From positions 133,796,001 to 133,860,000 of the forward strand of contig OZ024745.1 in assembly GCA_964016885.1 (NCBI GenBank): 64,000 nucleotides of DNA. The letters run 5' to 3'. Both the position numbers and the translations under genes were made by a program. Numbering within the stretch: position 1 is the stretch's first letter; each line of letters starts with the position of its first letter. This document shows positions 52,404-64,000 of this stretch, in pieces. The stretch comes from Eledone cirrhosa. Taxonomy: Eukaryota. The notes under the pieces were generated by a model that worked only from the letters and a program-made list of their open reading frames with translations, was not told where the DNA came from and made no database searches.

Positions 52404-54791
52404 TTAGGCATATGACTTTTTTACAACCCCATATGAGCATGCTATTTTCTAATGAGGTTTTTGTCTTAAAGAAAGAATTACAGTAGTTTTTTCGTAAATT
52501 TTGAAAGAAATTCTTGCACATACTAAATTATTTTTTTATTTTTTTGTAATTAGCCAGTCCCATAAAATAAATATCTAAAACAATAAATTATGAAAATAAA
52601 AAAAATTATTTTAATTATTAGTTAAACAAAACTTAATCTCTAAGGTTCTACTACTTTTACAAAATGGCAAAAGGTCCTGCACAACTTTACAGCTCGCTCA
52701 GCGCAAATGTTCGAGCGTTGCGTCACAATTGGAGATTCTTCATTAGAGCAAAGTTTTCTGACGGTGTTTGCAGCCTTTTCACACTTGGCCTTAATTATTT
52801 GGTCAATGAGTTTCTGCTTGCTGTCAGCTCTATACAGTTGACTTGAGAACCACATTTTTCCCCACATTCCGCAGATGTATTTGGCACCAGCGCGCAGCTT
52901 CGCTCGTTCATCAGGCATCAAAATAAACCCAAGCAACAAATAAATTGCTCGGCTATTCCAATGAGCATTGTGCAAATTAGGTAATTTCTTAAAATTTATT
53001 TTAGGAAACGCACCGTTTTCAAAGAAATGTTGCACGGCTATCATGAGATGCTGAAGGAAATCCATGTCACTTCTCCAGCGCGTCGGCGTTTCATTAATTT
53101 CCGTCGTTCCATTTGAAAAGTTCTGCTTCAGTTCGTCATAGTTCTTTAAAATGGCCTCAACAAAGTAATAATTGATATATGGCGAAGTTGTTTTACTACT
53201 ATATAGTTGATCAAAATAAACTTTCAATGCACGGTCTAAAATGTGGTGCTGGCATCCAACATATAATGACTTGCTATAACCGCGACGCGCGAACTCACTG
53301 TTGAGCATGGCAACAACTCCTGCCTTTTTGCCGGTATTGACACTAGTTGTGTCGGAGACTATCATCACGATAGATTCCCACAGTTCATATTTGTCAATAA
53401 CTTCTTTCAATCCATTAAATATAGTAAGAGCCTTTCCATCGGTTAATGCCATCGGCTTCTGGCGTATTTCTTTCTCATCATTTTTTATCACTACAACCTG
53501 ATATTCTACGTCTCTCATTCGTTTTCCATCAAAATGAAGGCTCCATTTTTCCCTTTTGAGTTCATTTTTCCATTTTTCCATGAGTTTCTCACCTTCTCTG
53601 ATAACTGCTTTGTGCACTGCCGACTGGCTCGGGGTGCTCACCTTAATACCACCACTTTTAAATTCGTTGCAAACTGCTGCTGCTTTTCTACTAGGTAATT
53701 TAGTATTTCTTACTAGGTTAACGGCATAAGTTGTGTTTTCTCTTTTTCGTTTTTTTTATGGTGAAGGTGAAGGTTTGTAATCGCTGGTATTTGTATCGGT
53801 GTCGCTGTAACTTTCATTTGAGTCCAGATGAATGTATGAGCAGGATGGCTTATCATGATCTAGTTCTTGTTTTTTGTTTTTAATTCTCTTAGAAGGGTGG
53901 ATTTTCTTTTCACTGTCTATTTTCATTGTAGTATACCCAACATTTACACAACTCTCAACTTGCTTTTCATAAAATGACAAATCTTCGGCTGTTCCATATC
54001 CCATATCTTTTTGTAATGTCAAATAGATTATTGAAATTCGCAGAGCCAGGTCTTTTTTACTTCTTTTTCCTTTTTTTTTTAATTATTTTTTTCAATTTTT
54101 CGAGGTATTGAAAGTTTGTTGATAGTTGGAAAGCTGAACTGTTCCCATAAACTTTCACATTCTCCAGTAATTATCTTAATTCTTTTTTTGGTATTTTTCT
54201 CTTCAGCAGCAAGATTGATATATCTATCAACGATCTGTTGCTCAGTAGGTAGCTTGCATAATTCGATTAATGAACTTTGAATTTTCTTTTTCCTAGATTT
54301 CTTTCTCTTCTCAAAATGACAAATATTTTGTGCCCAAATCTTTTTACTTTCCTCTTTAGCAACAGGATTTTTATACATCTGAAATTTATAATATTAATAT
54401 AATATAATTATAAATAGTAAAACATTAATAAATATACCTCGCAAATTTTAATTTATTCTATTTATGTATTTTATGAGTTTTATGAACAGATTAAACTGAC
54501 AAATAAGTGATGAACAAGCAATAAAGTTGATCCATTAAACAATTTGAAGAAGATTACTATATTTTATAAACTGTTAAATTGCACACTATATTTTGTATTA
54601 CATACACACGTATATTGTATATGCAATTCTATATTAGTTAATCAATATTAAAGAATCTACCTTGTGCAAGAGTTTTTTTAAATTCTAATATTTTTTAACA
54701 TGCTCACAAGTATTTTCTAGTAAAAGGTTCATCTGAAAATGGCATGCTCATTTATTTTTTTAACAAAAGTGTACTTTAGGAATATGCCTAA
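52404..54791 (-). mobile_element. near full-length hATm-like DNA transposon with frameshifted transposase
   Basis: TIRs TTAGGCATAT...ATATGCCTAA with inner ATGAGCATGC/GCATGCTCAT, inserted in (TA)n. ORF pieces 54079-54378, 53756-54022 and 52640-53641 carry LHFDGK, DTTSVNTG, GCQHHILD and ERAVK. Confidence 0.8.
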
Positions 54792-54805
54792 TATATATAT
54801 AGGAA

Positions 54806-55014
54806 CGATCGACTTTCGTCAAATCTGACCGAGAGAACAATGTTTCCGTTGGTCTTTCCAATTGTTAATACTATCTATCGGTCGTAACTCCAGGTAGAAG
54901 GAGCAACGTGAAATAAAGTGTCTTGCTCAAGGACATAACGCATCGCCTGGTCCAGGAATCGAACTCACAACCTTACGATTGCGAATCCAATTCTCTAACC
55001 ACTCAGCCACACGC
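54806..55014 (-). mobile_element. tRNA-derived SINE (family B)
   Basis: Inverted near-copy of 56250-56458. Confidence 0.7.
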
Positions 55015-55023
55015 ATTCAATAA

Positions 55024-55107
<84 letters not shown>

Positions 55108-55170
55108 TAGTAGTAATAATAATAAATGTGAAGACTAAAATCCAAAGAGGGCTTGATAAGGATAAATATT

Positions 55171-55223
55171 AGTTTCAGAAGATCTAGTTAAGGGCGAAAG
55201 CAGCGAGGATCTTTGCTTAAACT
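55171..55223 (+). ncRNA. hammerhead-like motif (U4A variant)
   Basis: agttt-CAGAAGA-short stem II-GAAA-gca...tgc-TT-aaact. Partial copies at about 56530-56565 (-) and 56617-56649 (+). Confidence 0.45.
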
Positions 55224-55260
55224 TTAATCTGTTATTTTAATAAATAAATAAATATATATA

Positions 55261-55372
<112 letters not shown>

Positions 55373-55636
55373 CGGAAAAAATGAAACGATATTTCATTTC
55401 CCACTCTTAGTACGGCTGTTACTTAAATATAAGTATGTACACGTACATACATATATGTATACCGACGTACAGTAGTATGTATATATATATATACATACAT
55501 GCACACATATATATATGCACGTATGGATTCACCGAACATTTATTATAATGCTCGGTGTGTTTGTAAACAAACATCCCGTATTAAGCCGTAGTGTCTAGCA
55601 ACCACCGTTGCTCGTTTGTTCAACACTGACAAAGGA

Positions 55637-55679
55637 ACGCTGTACTAGTTTCAAGTTTGTTAGCTATCGTCAGCAACGT
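55637..55679 (-). ncRNA. minimal type I hammerhead motif (left arm of 275-bp inverted repeat)
   Basis: Minus strand: acgttg-CTGACGA-tagctaacaaactt-GAAA-ctag-TA-cagcgt. Confidence 0.6.
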
Positions 55680-55868
55680 ATACCTTCCTGCCAGATTGTT
55701 GAACGTATATACTTACCTTATGCATATTAACGGCTGAGTAACCCAATTTGCATATCGAGTGGGTTAATCGGCCGGGTGCACCGAAAACGATAAACGGAAA
55801 AAATGAAACGATATTTCATTTCCCACTCTTCGTACGGCTGTTACTTCAACAATCTGGCAGGAAGGTAT

Positions 55869-55911
55869 ACGTTGCTGACGATAGCTAACAAGCTTGAAAC
55901 TAGTACAGCGT
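55869..55911 (+). ncRNA. minimal type I hammerhead motif (right arm)
   Basis: acgttg-CTGACGA-tagct-aaca-agctt-GAAA-ctag-TA-cagcgt. 6-bp stem I and palindromic stem III. Confidence 0.72.
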
Positions 55912-56114
55912 TCCTTTGTCAGTGTTGAACAAACGAGCAACGGTGGTTGCTAGACACTACAGCTTAATACGGGATGTTTGTTTACAAACACACCGAGCAT
56001 TATAATAAATGTTCGGTGAATCCATACGTGCATATATATATGTGTGCATGTATGTATATATATATATACATACTACTGTACGTCGGTATACATATATGTA
56101 TGTACGTGTACATA

Positions 56115-56181
<67 letters not shown>

Positions 56182-56249
56182 ATAATAATAAATTTGAAGA
56201 CTAAAATCCAAAGAGGGCTCGATAAGGATAAATATATATCAAATGTGAA

Positions 56250-56458
56250 GGCGTGTGGCTGAGTGGTTAGAGAATTGGATTCACAATCTTGAGGTTGTCA
56301 GTTCGATTCCTGGACCGGCGATGCGTTATGTCCTTGAGCAAGACACTTTATTTCACGCTGCTCCTTCTACCTGGAGTTGCGACCGACAGATAGTATTAGC
56401 AATTGGAAAGACCGACGGAAACATTGTTTCCTCGGTCCGATTTGACGAAAGTCGATCG
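56250..56458 (+). mobile_element. tRNA-derived SINE (family B)
   Basis: A box TGGCTGAGTGG and B box GTTCGATTCC, then CCTTGAGCAAGACACTTT. Confidence 0.75.
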
Positions 56459-56651
56459 ATAAAAAAAATATATATATATCAAATATATAAGAACCGTAGA
56501 GCAAAAATGTATTAAAATAACAGATTAATGTTTAAGCAAAGAATCGCTGCTTTCACCCTTAACGGTTGCAACGTTTTATGAAATATCCACTTCTGCGTTT
56601 ACAGATTGACTTTGTTAGTTTCAGAAGATCCCGTTAAGGGTGAAAGCAGTA

Positions 56652-56684
<33 letters not shown>

Positions 56685-56719
56685 TTTATAAAAATCTCCA
56701 TCGTAACTAAAAACTACAA

Positions 56720-56775
56720 ATGTTGAGAGCTTTCTCCTGCTTACTCTTGTTTTTACCAAAACAATCTCTTCTGAA

Positions 56776-56778
<3 letters not shown>
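56720..56778 (-). ncRNA. hammerhead-like motif (U4A variant)
   Basis: Minus strand: gtgtt-CAGAAGA-...-GAAA-gctc-TC-aacat. Stem II is irregular. Confidence 0.4.
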
Positions 56779-56816
<38 letters not shown>

Positions 56817-57102
56817 TAAAGGCTTTTAAGAAAGTGATATTAATTAATAAGATAAGACCAATGTAATTTAGATATTTCGGGTAAAAATTAAACATCAAAA
56901 ATGACGAATAAATTAATGTTTGATATTTAACAGATATTAAACATTAATTTGTAATTAACGAGGACTTTTAAAAGCCTTAATTAATAATATATATATTAAT
57001 TTAAATTCGAAACCTAGAAGGGCTTCGCAATTATTAGATATTATAGTCTTATACATATGTGTGGGTGTGTGGATGTGGGTGTGTGTAGGTGTGTGTGGGT
57101 GT

Positions 57103-57196
<94 letters not shown>

Positions 57197-57337
57197 AAGT
57201 GTAAGTGTAAGTGCGTAGCAACATCCGCAGATGTGTAAAGGATAAAGGGAAAGACTGGTGAATCTGGAAGAGAGCAGAAATAATATATTTCTTTATGTTC
57301 ATACCCAGGCGCCACCCAATTGTTATTATTATAAAAG

Positions 57338-57650
57338 GGCGGTGGATTAGCAATATCAGTAGTAGGCCGGACACCATGCTTTGCAGCAAAGAGTTACGTC
57401 CCTTTATGATCTGAGTTCAAATCCCGCCGAGGTTAACTTTGCCTTTCATCCTTACGGAGTCGATAAAATAAAGTACCAGTAATAGACTGGGATAATTGCT
57501 GGCCTTGTGCCACAAGTAGAAACAATTATTAAAGTGTGGTGCATTGGTAGTATCGGTAGAGAGACGGACGCTTTGCAGCATAGAGTTACGGCCCTTTATG
57601 ATCTGAGTTCAAATCCCGCCAAGGTTAACTTTGTCTTTCATCCTTACGGG
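57338..57650 (+). mobile_element. two tandem tRNA-derived SINEs (family A)
   Basis: Two consecutive GAGTTCAAATCCCGCC..GGTTAACTTTG.CTTTCATCCTTACG cores. Confidence 0.72.
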
Positions 57651-57857
57651 GTAGTAGTAGTAGTAGTAGCAGAAGCAGCAGCATTGCAGTAGTAGTAGTA
57701 GTAGTAGTAATAGTGGTGGTAGTAATAGTAGTACTAGTAGTAGTAGTAGTAGTAGTGTTGCTCCTATTTATTTGGATAGTTTTTTGTAGTACTCGCAAAT
57801 GATTGCATAGAATATGTGTCGCTTGTGTCATATTATCAAATAGTGTCTTGTTTAGAA

Positions 57858-60015
57858 CAGCGGTCGCCAACCTTTCCAACCTCACGGACCACTAAATTGA
57901 TAATTTTATATCCTGAGGACCACTAATGTGAATTGTTTAAAAGATAAATATATTTGTAAAATAATGATCAGAGGTTTTCTAGTTTATTAATATGAAATGC
58001 ACCTATTAAATATAACAAAATTATAAATGCTTATGTGATCAGAACAAAATATTTCAAGCTTGTTTAATTGTAATAAAATTATTACAGTTAGTTTGTTACA
58101 AAATAATTAAAGCTTATCTAAGTATTACATATTTTTAGTGTCATATTTGTGCCTGCTTGTTTGAAATAAGTTCATGGATTTTTGGCTCCAATGAGGTTAC
58201 TGTAAGAGGGAGAGCCATTTTTATTTCAGGCCGAGACCGGTACCGAGTTTTAATTGCTGTGACAGATGAAAATGTAGTCACACAAATATGTTGTTGAAAT
58301 TTCTTTTCAATGAGGCTTTCTTTTTCATTCATTCTTAAATTGCTATCTTCAATGTTTGCTGCAAAGGAATCTATTATCCACATATTGCCATGTCTGGGAT
58401 CTTCTTCCTACGGGTAATAACGATTAAAAGATTCTGTGAGTGATTGTAAGTGTTGTTAAACAATGGTTACCACCTGTAGTTTAACATCCTTTTCTCTCAC
58501 ATATTCATCAAAATTTGAAAATATTTGCAGCCAATCGCGTTTGTCACAGTAACATTTTCTTTTGAAACGCATCCATGTTACCTTGTAGTGTGAACAAGTT
58601 CTTAAGTTTTCCTTGCAAGGATAGGTTTAGTTCATTTAACAGCGAAATGATATCTACCAGGTATGCAAGCTTAGCTACCCACTCATCGTCGGACAAGAGT
58701 TCTTGAAATTTCAGATTATTTTGCTGCTGGAAAAATAATTTGACTTCTTCGCGCAGGACAAATAATTGGGTTAGTGTTTTGCCCCTCGAGAGCCATCTCA
58801 CCTCAACGTGAGGAAGGTGAGTATACTGGGAAACCATTTCTTCAGAAAGTGCCTCAAATATTCAAGAGTTGAGCGTTTTGTGTCGAATTTCATTTATAAT
58901 TTTACTAACATCTGATAATACTTCGTGTAGTTCTGGGGACATTTCCCCCCTGCAAGTTGCTCGCGATGTATTATGCAGTGTGTAGACAAAACGTCTGAGT
59001 GACCAACATTTTTCATTTTTGCAACAATTCCTGAAGATGTCCAGTCTTGTTTGCGGCACCATATGCACATATCCCAATATATTTTTTTCATTCAATCCCA
59101 TGTTCCAGGAAATAAATATTAAGTGCTTCAAAAATCTCAGAGCTGGTTGTTCTACCCGGCAAGTTGCGCGAATAAAGTAGTTCTTGTAACTCTCCTTCAC
59201 ACTCAACCCTCACAATACAAAGAAGTGCCTTGATATTTAAGTCCGTTGATTCGTCAAGTTGAATTGAATAAAATGGTGGGTTTTTCACCATTTATATAAC
59301 TTGATTTTCAATACCTTCAGCCATGTCTTTAATTCTGTGCTTGACAATGTTAGCTGGCATAGTAATTACTTTCAGTTTCTCAACAGCCTGCTTTCCCCAA
59401 ACCTCTTCACAGGTTTGTAACATGTAAGGCTTAATTAACTCTTCCCCAATCGTATACGGTTTTTTTTATTTTTCGCAACCTGAAGTGCTATCAGATAAGA
59501 AGCCTTTAATAAAGACTTGTCTTCAACAGTCATCTTTGTTAAAGCACTTACTTGCTTTTACATAATTTCACGCATTCTTTGAAAATACTATTCAAGTGAT
59601 TTCTTAGCTAAATCCAGGTATTTTCCGAGTTTCGAAGGTTCCATGACATCATTGGATAAATTCTCAGAACACACAACACAAAGCGGCCGTGGATCAATCT
59701 CACTACCAGGTTCTTGGATAAATCCAAATCTCAAATCATATTTCAGTTTTTTCTTCTCTACGCCTCCAGTTTAAATGTTCTTCCTAATGGTGTCTGGCAA
59801 GAGTGGTGGAGGCTCTGATTCATTGATCAGCTCACGGTTAAGCGAAGTATTACTATTTTTAGGGTGTTTAAAGAATATATTTTAACCGAATATTATTTTT
59901 GTTCTATTATTAATAAAACATAAAAATTGCAAATAATGTCCAAATTTTTCTGCGGACTAGCAAGATTATCTCTCGGACCACCTGTGGTCCGTGGATCACT
60001 GGTTGGCGACCGTTG
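57858..60015 (-). mobile_element. hAT transposon of Buster/Charlie type, decayed transposase
   Basis: TIRs CAGCGGTCGCCAACC / GGTTGGCGACCGTTG. 8-bp TSD-like GTTTAGAA (57850) and GTTTAAAT (60016). Fragments YSIQLDESTD, THCIIHREQL, EVRWLSRG, WVAKLAYL.DI...LNELNLSLQG. Confidence 0.9.
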
Positions 60016-60298
60016 GTTTAAATACTGTCCTCTGGTCCGTGGATCACTGGTTAGCGACCGTTGGTTTAGAATATATACTGGCCTGTGGTCCGCGGATCAT
60101 TGGTTGGCGACCGTTGGTTTAAATACTGCCCTGTGGTCCGCGGATCACTGGTTGGCGACCGTTCGTTTAAATACTGCCCTGTGGTCCGCGGATCACTGGT
60201 TGGCGACCGTTGGTTTAAATACTGCTCTGTGGTCCGTGGATCACTGGTTGGCGACCGTTGGTTTAAATACTGCCTTGTGGTCCGTGGATCACTGGTTG
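59982..60298. repeat. 48-bp minisatellite derived from the hAT terminus, about 6.5 copies
   Basis: (CTGTGGTCCGCGGATCACTGGTTGGCGACCGTTGGTTTAAATACTGCC)n contains the TIR and the adjacent TSD-like octamer. Confidence 0.92.
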
Positions 60299-60963
60299 GT
60301 ATATTACCCACATAACACTATTTTACTATTTTCCTGAAGTTCAAACAGGGCATATGTTTGTGTTTTGTATTTCACTATATTTTCATGAGCAGCATTGTGA
60401 TTGTTCGTTTGTTGTTTTTATCCTTATATGTTAATACCATTTCGACATTTTTTCTGAGCAGAGTCTATAAGTTTTTTATCCATCTTTCTTTATGATGCGT
60501 AAGTGGTTTTCTTTGATTTTCACGTCAATTTCGACAGATATATCGGTGAGTAGTATAGCCATGACAATCTTACATATCAGATTGTGTCAATACTTATACT
60601 ACATATTTTCCATTTTTATACGAAAGTGACTGATATAATATTTTGTTGTTATTTCGCCTTGATCCCACAAATCTGTTGTCAAAGGTGTTCCAATCCCAAC
60701 ACTTATCCATGGCATTCATTCCCAACCAACCCATCTTTTCTATATATATATATATATGTATATATATAAATATATATATATGTATATATATATATGTGTG
60801 GGGGGGGGTGCCCAGCATGGCCTCAGCCGGATGGTTGGAACGGGTATATATTATATATATATCTGAAGGAAGGGAGTATGGGAGTTTCAGGGCATCCTCT
60901 TTTCCAAAGTGGATTAATTCAAATTTATCATCGTTCAGCAGCATATTATTCTTTTCCGCCAAT

Positions 60964-61915
<952 letters not shown>

Positions 61916-61939
61916 TGTTATCAAAGTTATATACATACA

Positions 61940-62009
<70 letters not shown>

Positions 62010-62037
62010 ATATATTTATATATAGATATAGATATAT

Positions 62038-62078
<41 letters not shown>

Positions 62079-62083
62079 TATAT

Positions 62084-62180
<97 letters not shown>

Positions 62181-62267
62181 TGTGTGTGTCTGTGTGTGTC
62201 TGTGTGTGTCTGTGTGTGTCTGTGTGTGTGTGTGTCTCTGTGTGTGTGTGTGTGTGTGTGTGTGTCT

Positions 62268-62320
<53 letters not shown>

Positions 62321-62341
62321 TATGCTGCGAGATCATTAGAC

Positions 62342-62429
62342 GTGTCCGTCGAACCTGCAGGTCCAGAATCAGACAGATCCACACAATGATCGCGTCTCGA
62401 GCTGTCCGCCGGCGAAACAATTGTAACAC
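62342..62429 (+). ncRNA. decayed hammerhead motif, homologue of 10872-10965
   Basis: gtgt-CCGTCGA-...-GAAA-caattg-TA-acac, then AATAAA. The core is mutated. Confidence 0.4.
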
Positions 62430-62465
62430 ACAATAAATTGAGTTCAGATGCATCACTGATTTTTC

Positions 62466-62504
<39 letters not shown>

Positions 62505-62569
62505 ACACAGAAACAAAATGGCGTAGGATAGAAGAAAGAAAAGGCACAGAAACGAAGAAAGGAATCCCC

Positions 62570-62614
62570 AGTCACTGAAGAGGTCACAGAGTGTGTGACG
62601 AAAGGACTATGACT
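62570..62614 (+). ncRNA. minimal type I hammerhead motif
   Basis: agtca-CTGAAGA-g-gtcaca/tgtgac-GAAA-ggac-TA-tgact. Confidence 0.65.
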
Positions 62615-62832
62615 ATATATATAAACTATCTGGTTGTGGAACCAACCAACCAACCAGAAATTTATAAGTTTGTAGATTTGTAAATTTATAAATTTATAAA
62701 TATATAATAAATTGAAGTGAAAGCACTGGTGCGTGTGTTTCTTATTGGCAACATGACCCTCCCAAAGTATAACAATATCGGTTTCAACACACGATTTCAG
62801 ATAAAGAATCTTGCTAAACAAATTCAGAAACG

Positions 62833-62866
<34 letters not shown>

Positions 62867-62915
62867 GAAAAAAACGAGGAAGTTTCGTTTACATATGAAA
62901 AATATTTATTGGTTG

Positions 62916-63025
<110 letters not shown>

Positions 63026-63621
63026 ATATGTGTGTGTGTGTTTGGGTTTTGTCGAACAGCTATTATTGCGTGCAGGCCGGATATCCGGTTATCGGCAGAC
63101 TCCATCGTTAAGATTTCCGGGGCGCCTTCTTTTGACGGGGTAGGACACGCAGCTGTTCTCTGGTGGTTGTAGCGAAAAAGGTTGTGTAGTGGACACGTCT
63201 GAAAGAAAGGAAGACATACACTTTCCTGTTCGGCCAAGCCCTCAACAACGTTTTGAAGTTTTACTTAGAAAGGATGGTAACGGCGGAGAGGGGAGTGTTA
63301 CACACCTCAAATTCCTTTGTTAAAAGGTGAATGTTGCGAAAATGGCCGGAGTGGATGAGCCTACATTGAGCATGCGCCTGTAGACTAGATAGTCTGGAGA
63401 GTAGAGGGGCACCCTCCTATGGTGATCTTCGTTATTAGGGATGTTTAAGATCTGTTGTGTCCCTAATTTACCGCTAGGTGGTGCTCTCCCTATTGCGGAA
63501 TTTTTATTGTTATCATTTTATTAATATTTGATACACGTTTTATGTAAGTCCGCGCTGTCCGTGATTTTTGTATTCACCATTTCGAACCTAGTGGCCAATA
63601 CAATAATTATTATTAATATTA

Positions 63622-64000
63622 TGGCGATGGATTGGTAGTATCGGCAGAGCGTCAGACACCATGCTCTGCAGCATAGAGTTACGGTCCTTTACGTTCTGAT
63701 TTCAAATCCCGCCGAGGTTTGCTTTGCCTTTCACCCTTATGGCGTCGATAAACTAAAAACCAGTTATGCACTGGGGTCGATTTAATCGACTATGCCCTCC
63801 CCCCAAATTACTGGCTTGGTGCCTATAGTAGAAATCATTATTATTATCATGCTTTTCATCCTTACGAGGTCGATAAAATAAAGTACCAGTAATACACTGG
63901 TTAATTGCTGGCCTTGTGCCAAAAGTAGAAACAATTATTATCATGCTTTGAAGCATAGAGTTACCTCCCTGTATGATCTGAGTTCAAATCCCGCCGAGGT
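63622..64000 (+). mobile_element. cluster of tRNA-derived SINEs (family A), runs off the window end
   Basis: One full copy and two partial copies of the family A core. Confidence 0.7.

Noticed and set aside
56250-56325. tRNA gene
   Set aside because: A and B boxes are present, but the sequence continues into a SINE body shared with other copies and no proper acceptor stem is evident.

Overview
AT-rich, microsatellite-dense eukaryotic DNA. The SINE families and the (TA)n/(CA)n/(GA)n load resemble octopus or other coleoid cephalopod genomes; this host assignment is an inference. No host gene can be called with confidence. Three things dominate the window. (1) A 16.4-kb indel-free array of 249 x 66-bp units (24925-41358). 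It reads as a Ser/Thr/Pro-rich 22-aa repeat, ends just before a consensus splice donor, is broken only by two TAG codons present twice, and contains a 4422-bp (67-unit) higher-order duplication. (2) Many decayed transposons: an R4/Dong-like LINE in (TAA)n, RTE and CR1 LINE pieces, a Penelope-like GIY-YIG remnant, hATm-like, Buster/Charlie hAT, Chapaev and piggyBac remnants, MITEs and tRNA-derived SINEs. (3) About 15 sequence-diverse minimal type I hammerhead-ribozyme motifs, found by eye, in short modules between (TA)n tracts. They are often followed by AATAAA and twice occur as inverted pairs, consistent with Penelope pseudo-LTR or retrozyme-like units. Most short ORFs in the supplied track are microsatellite artefacts.
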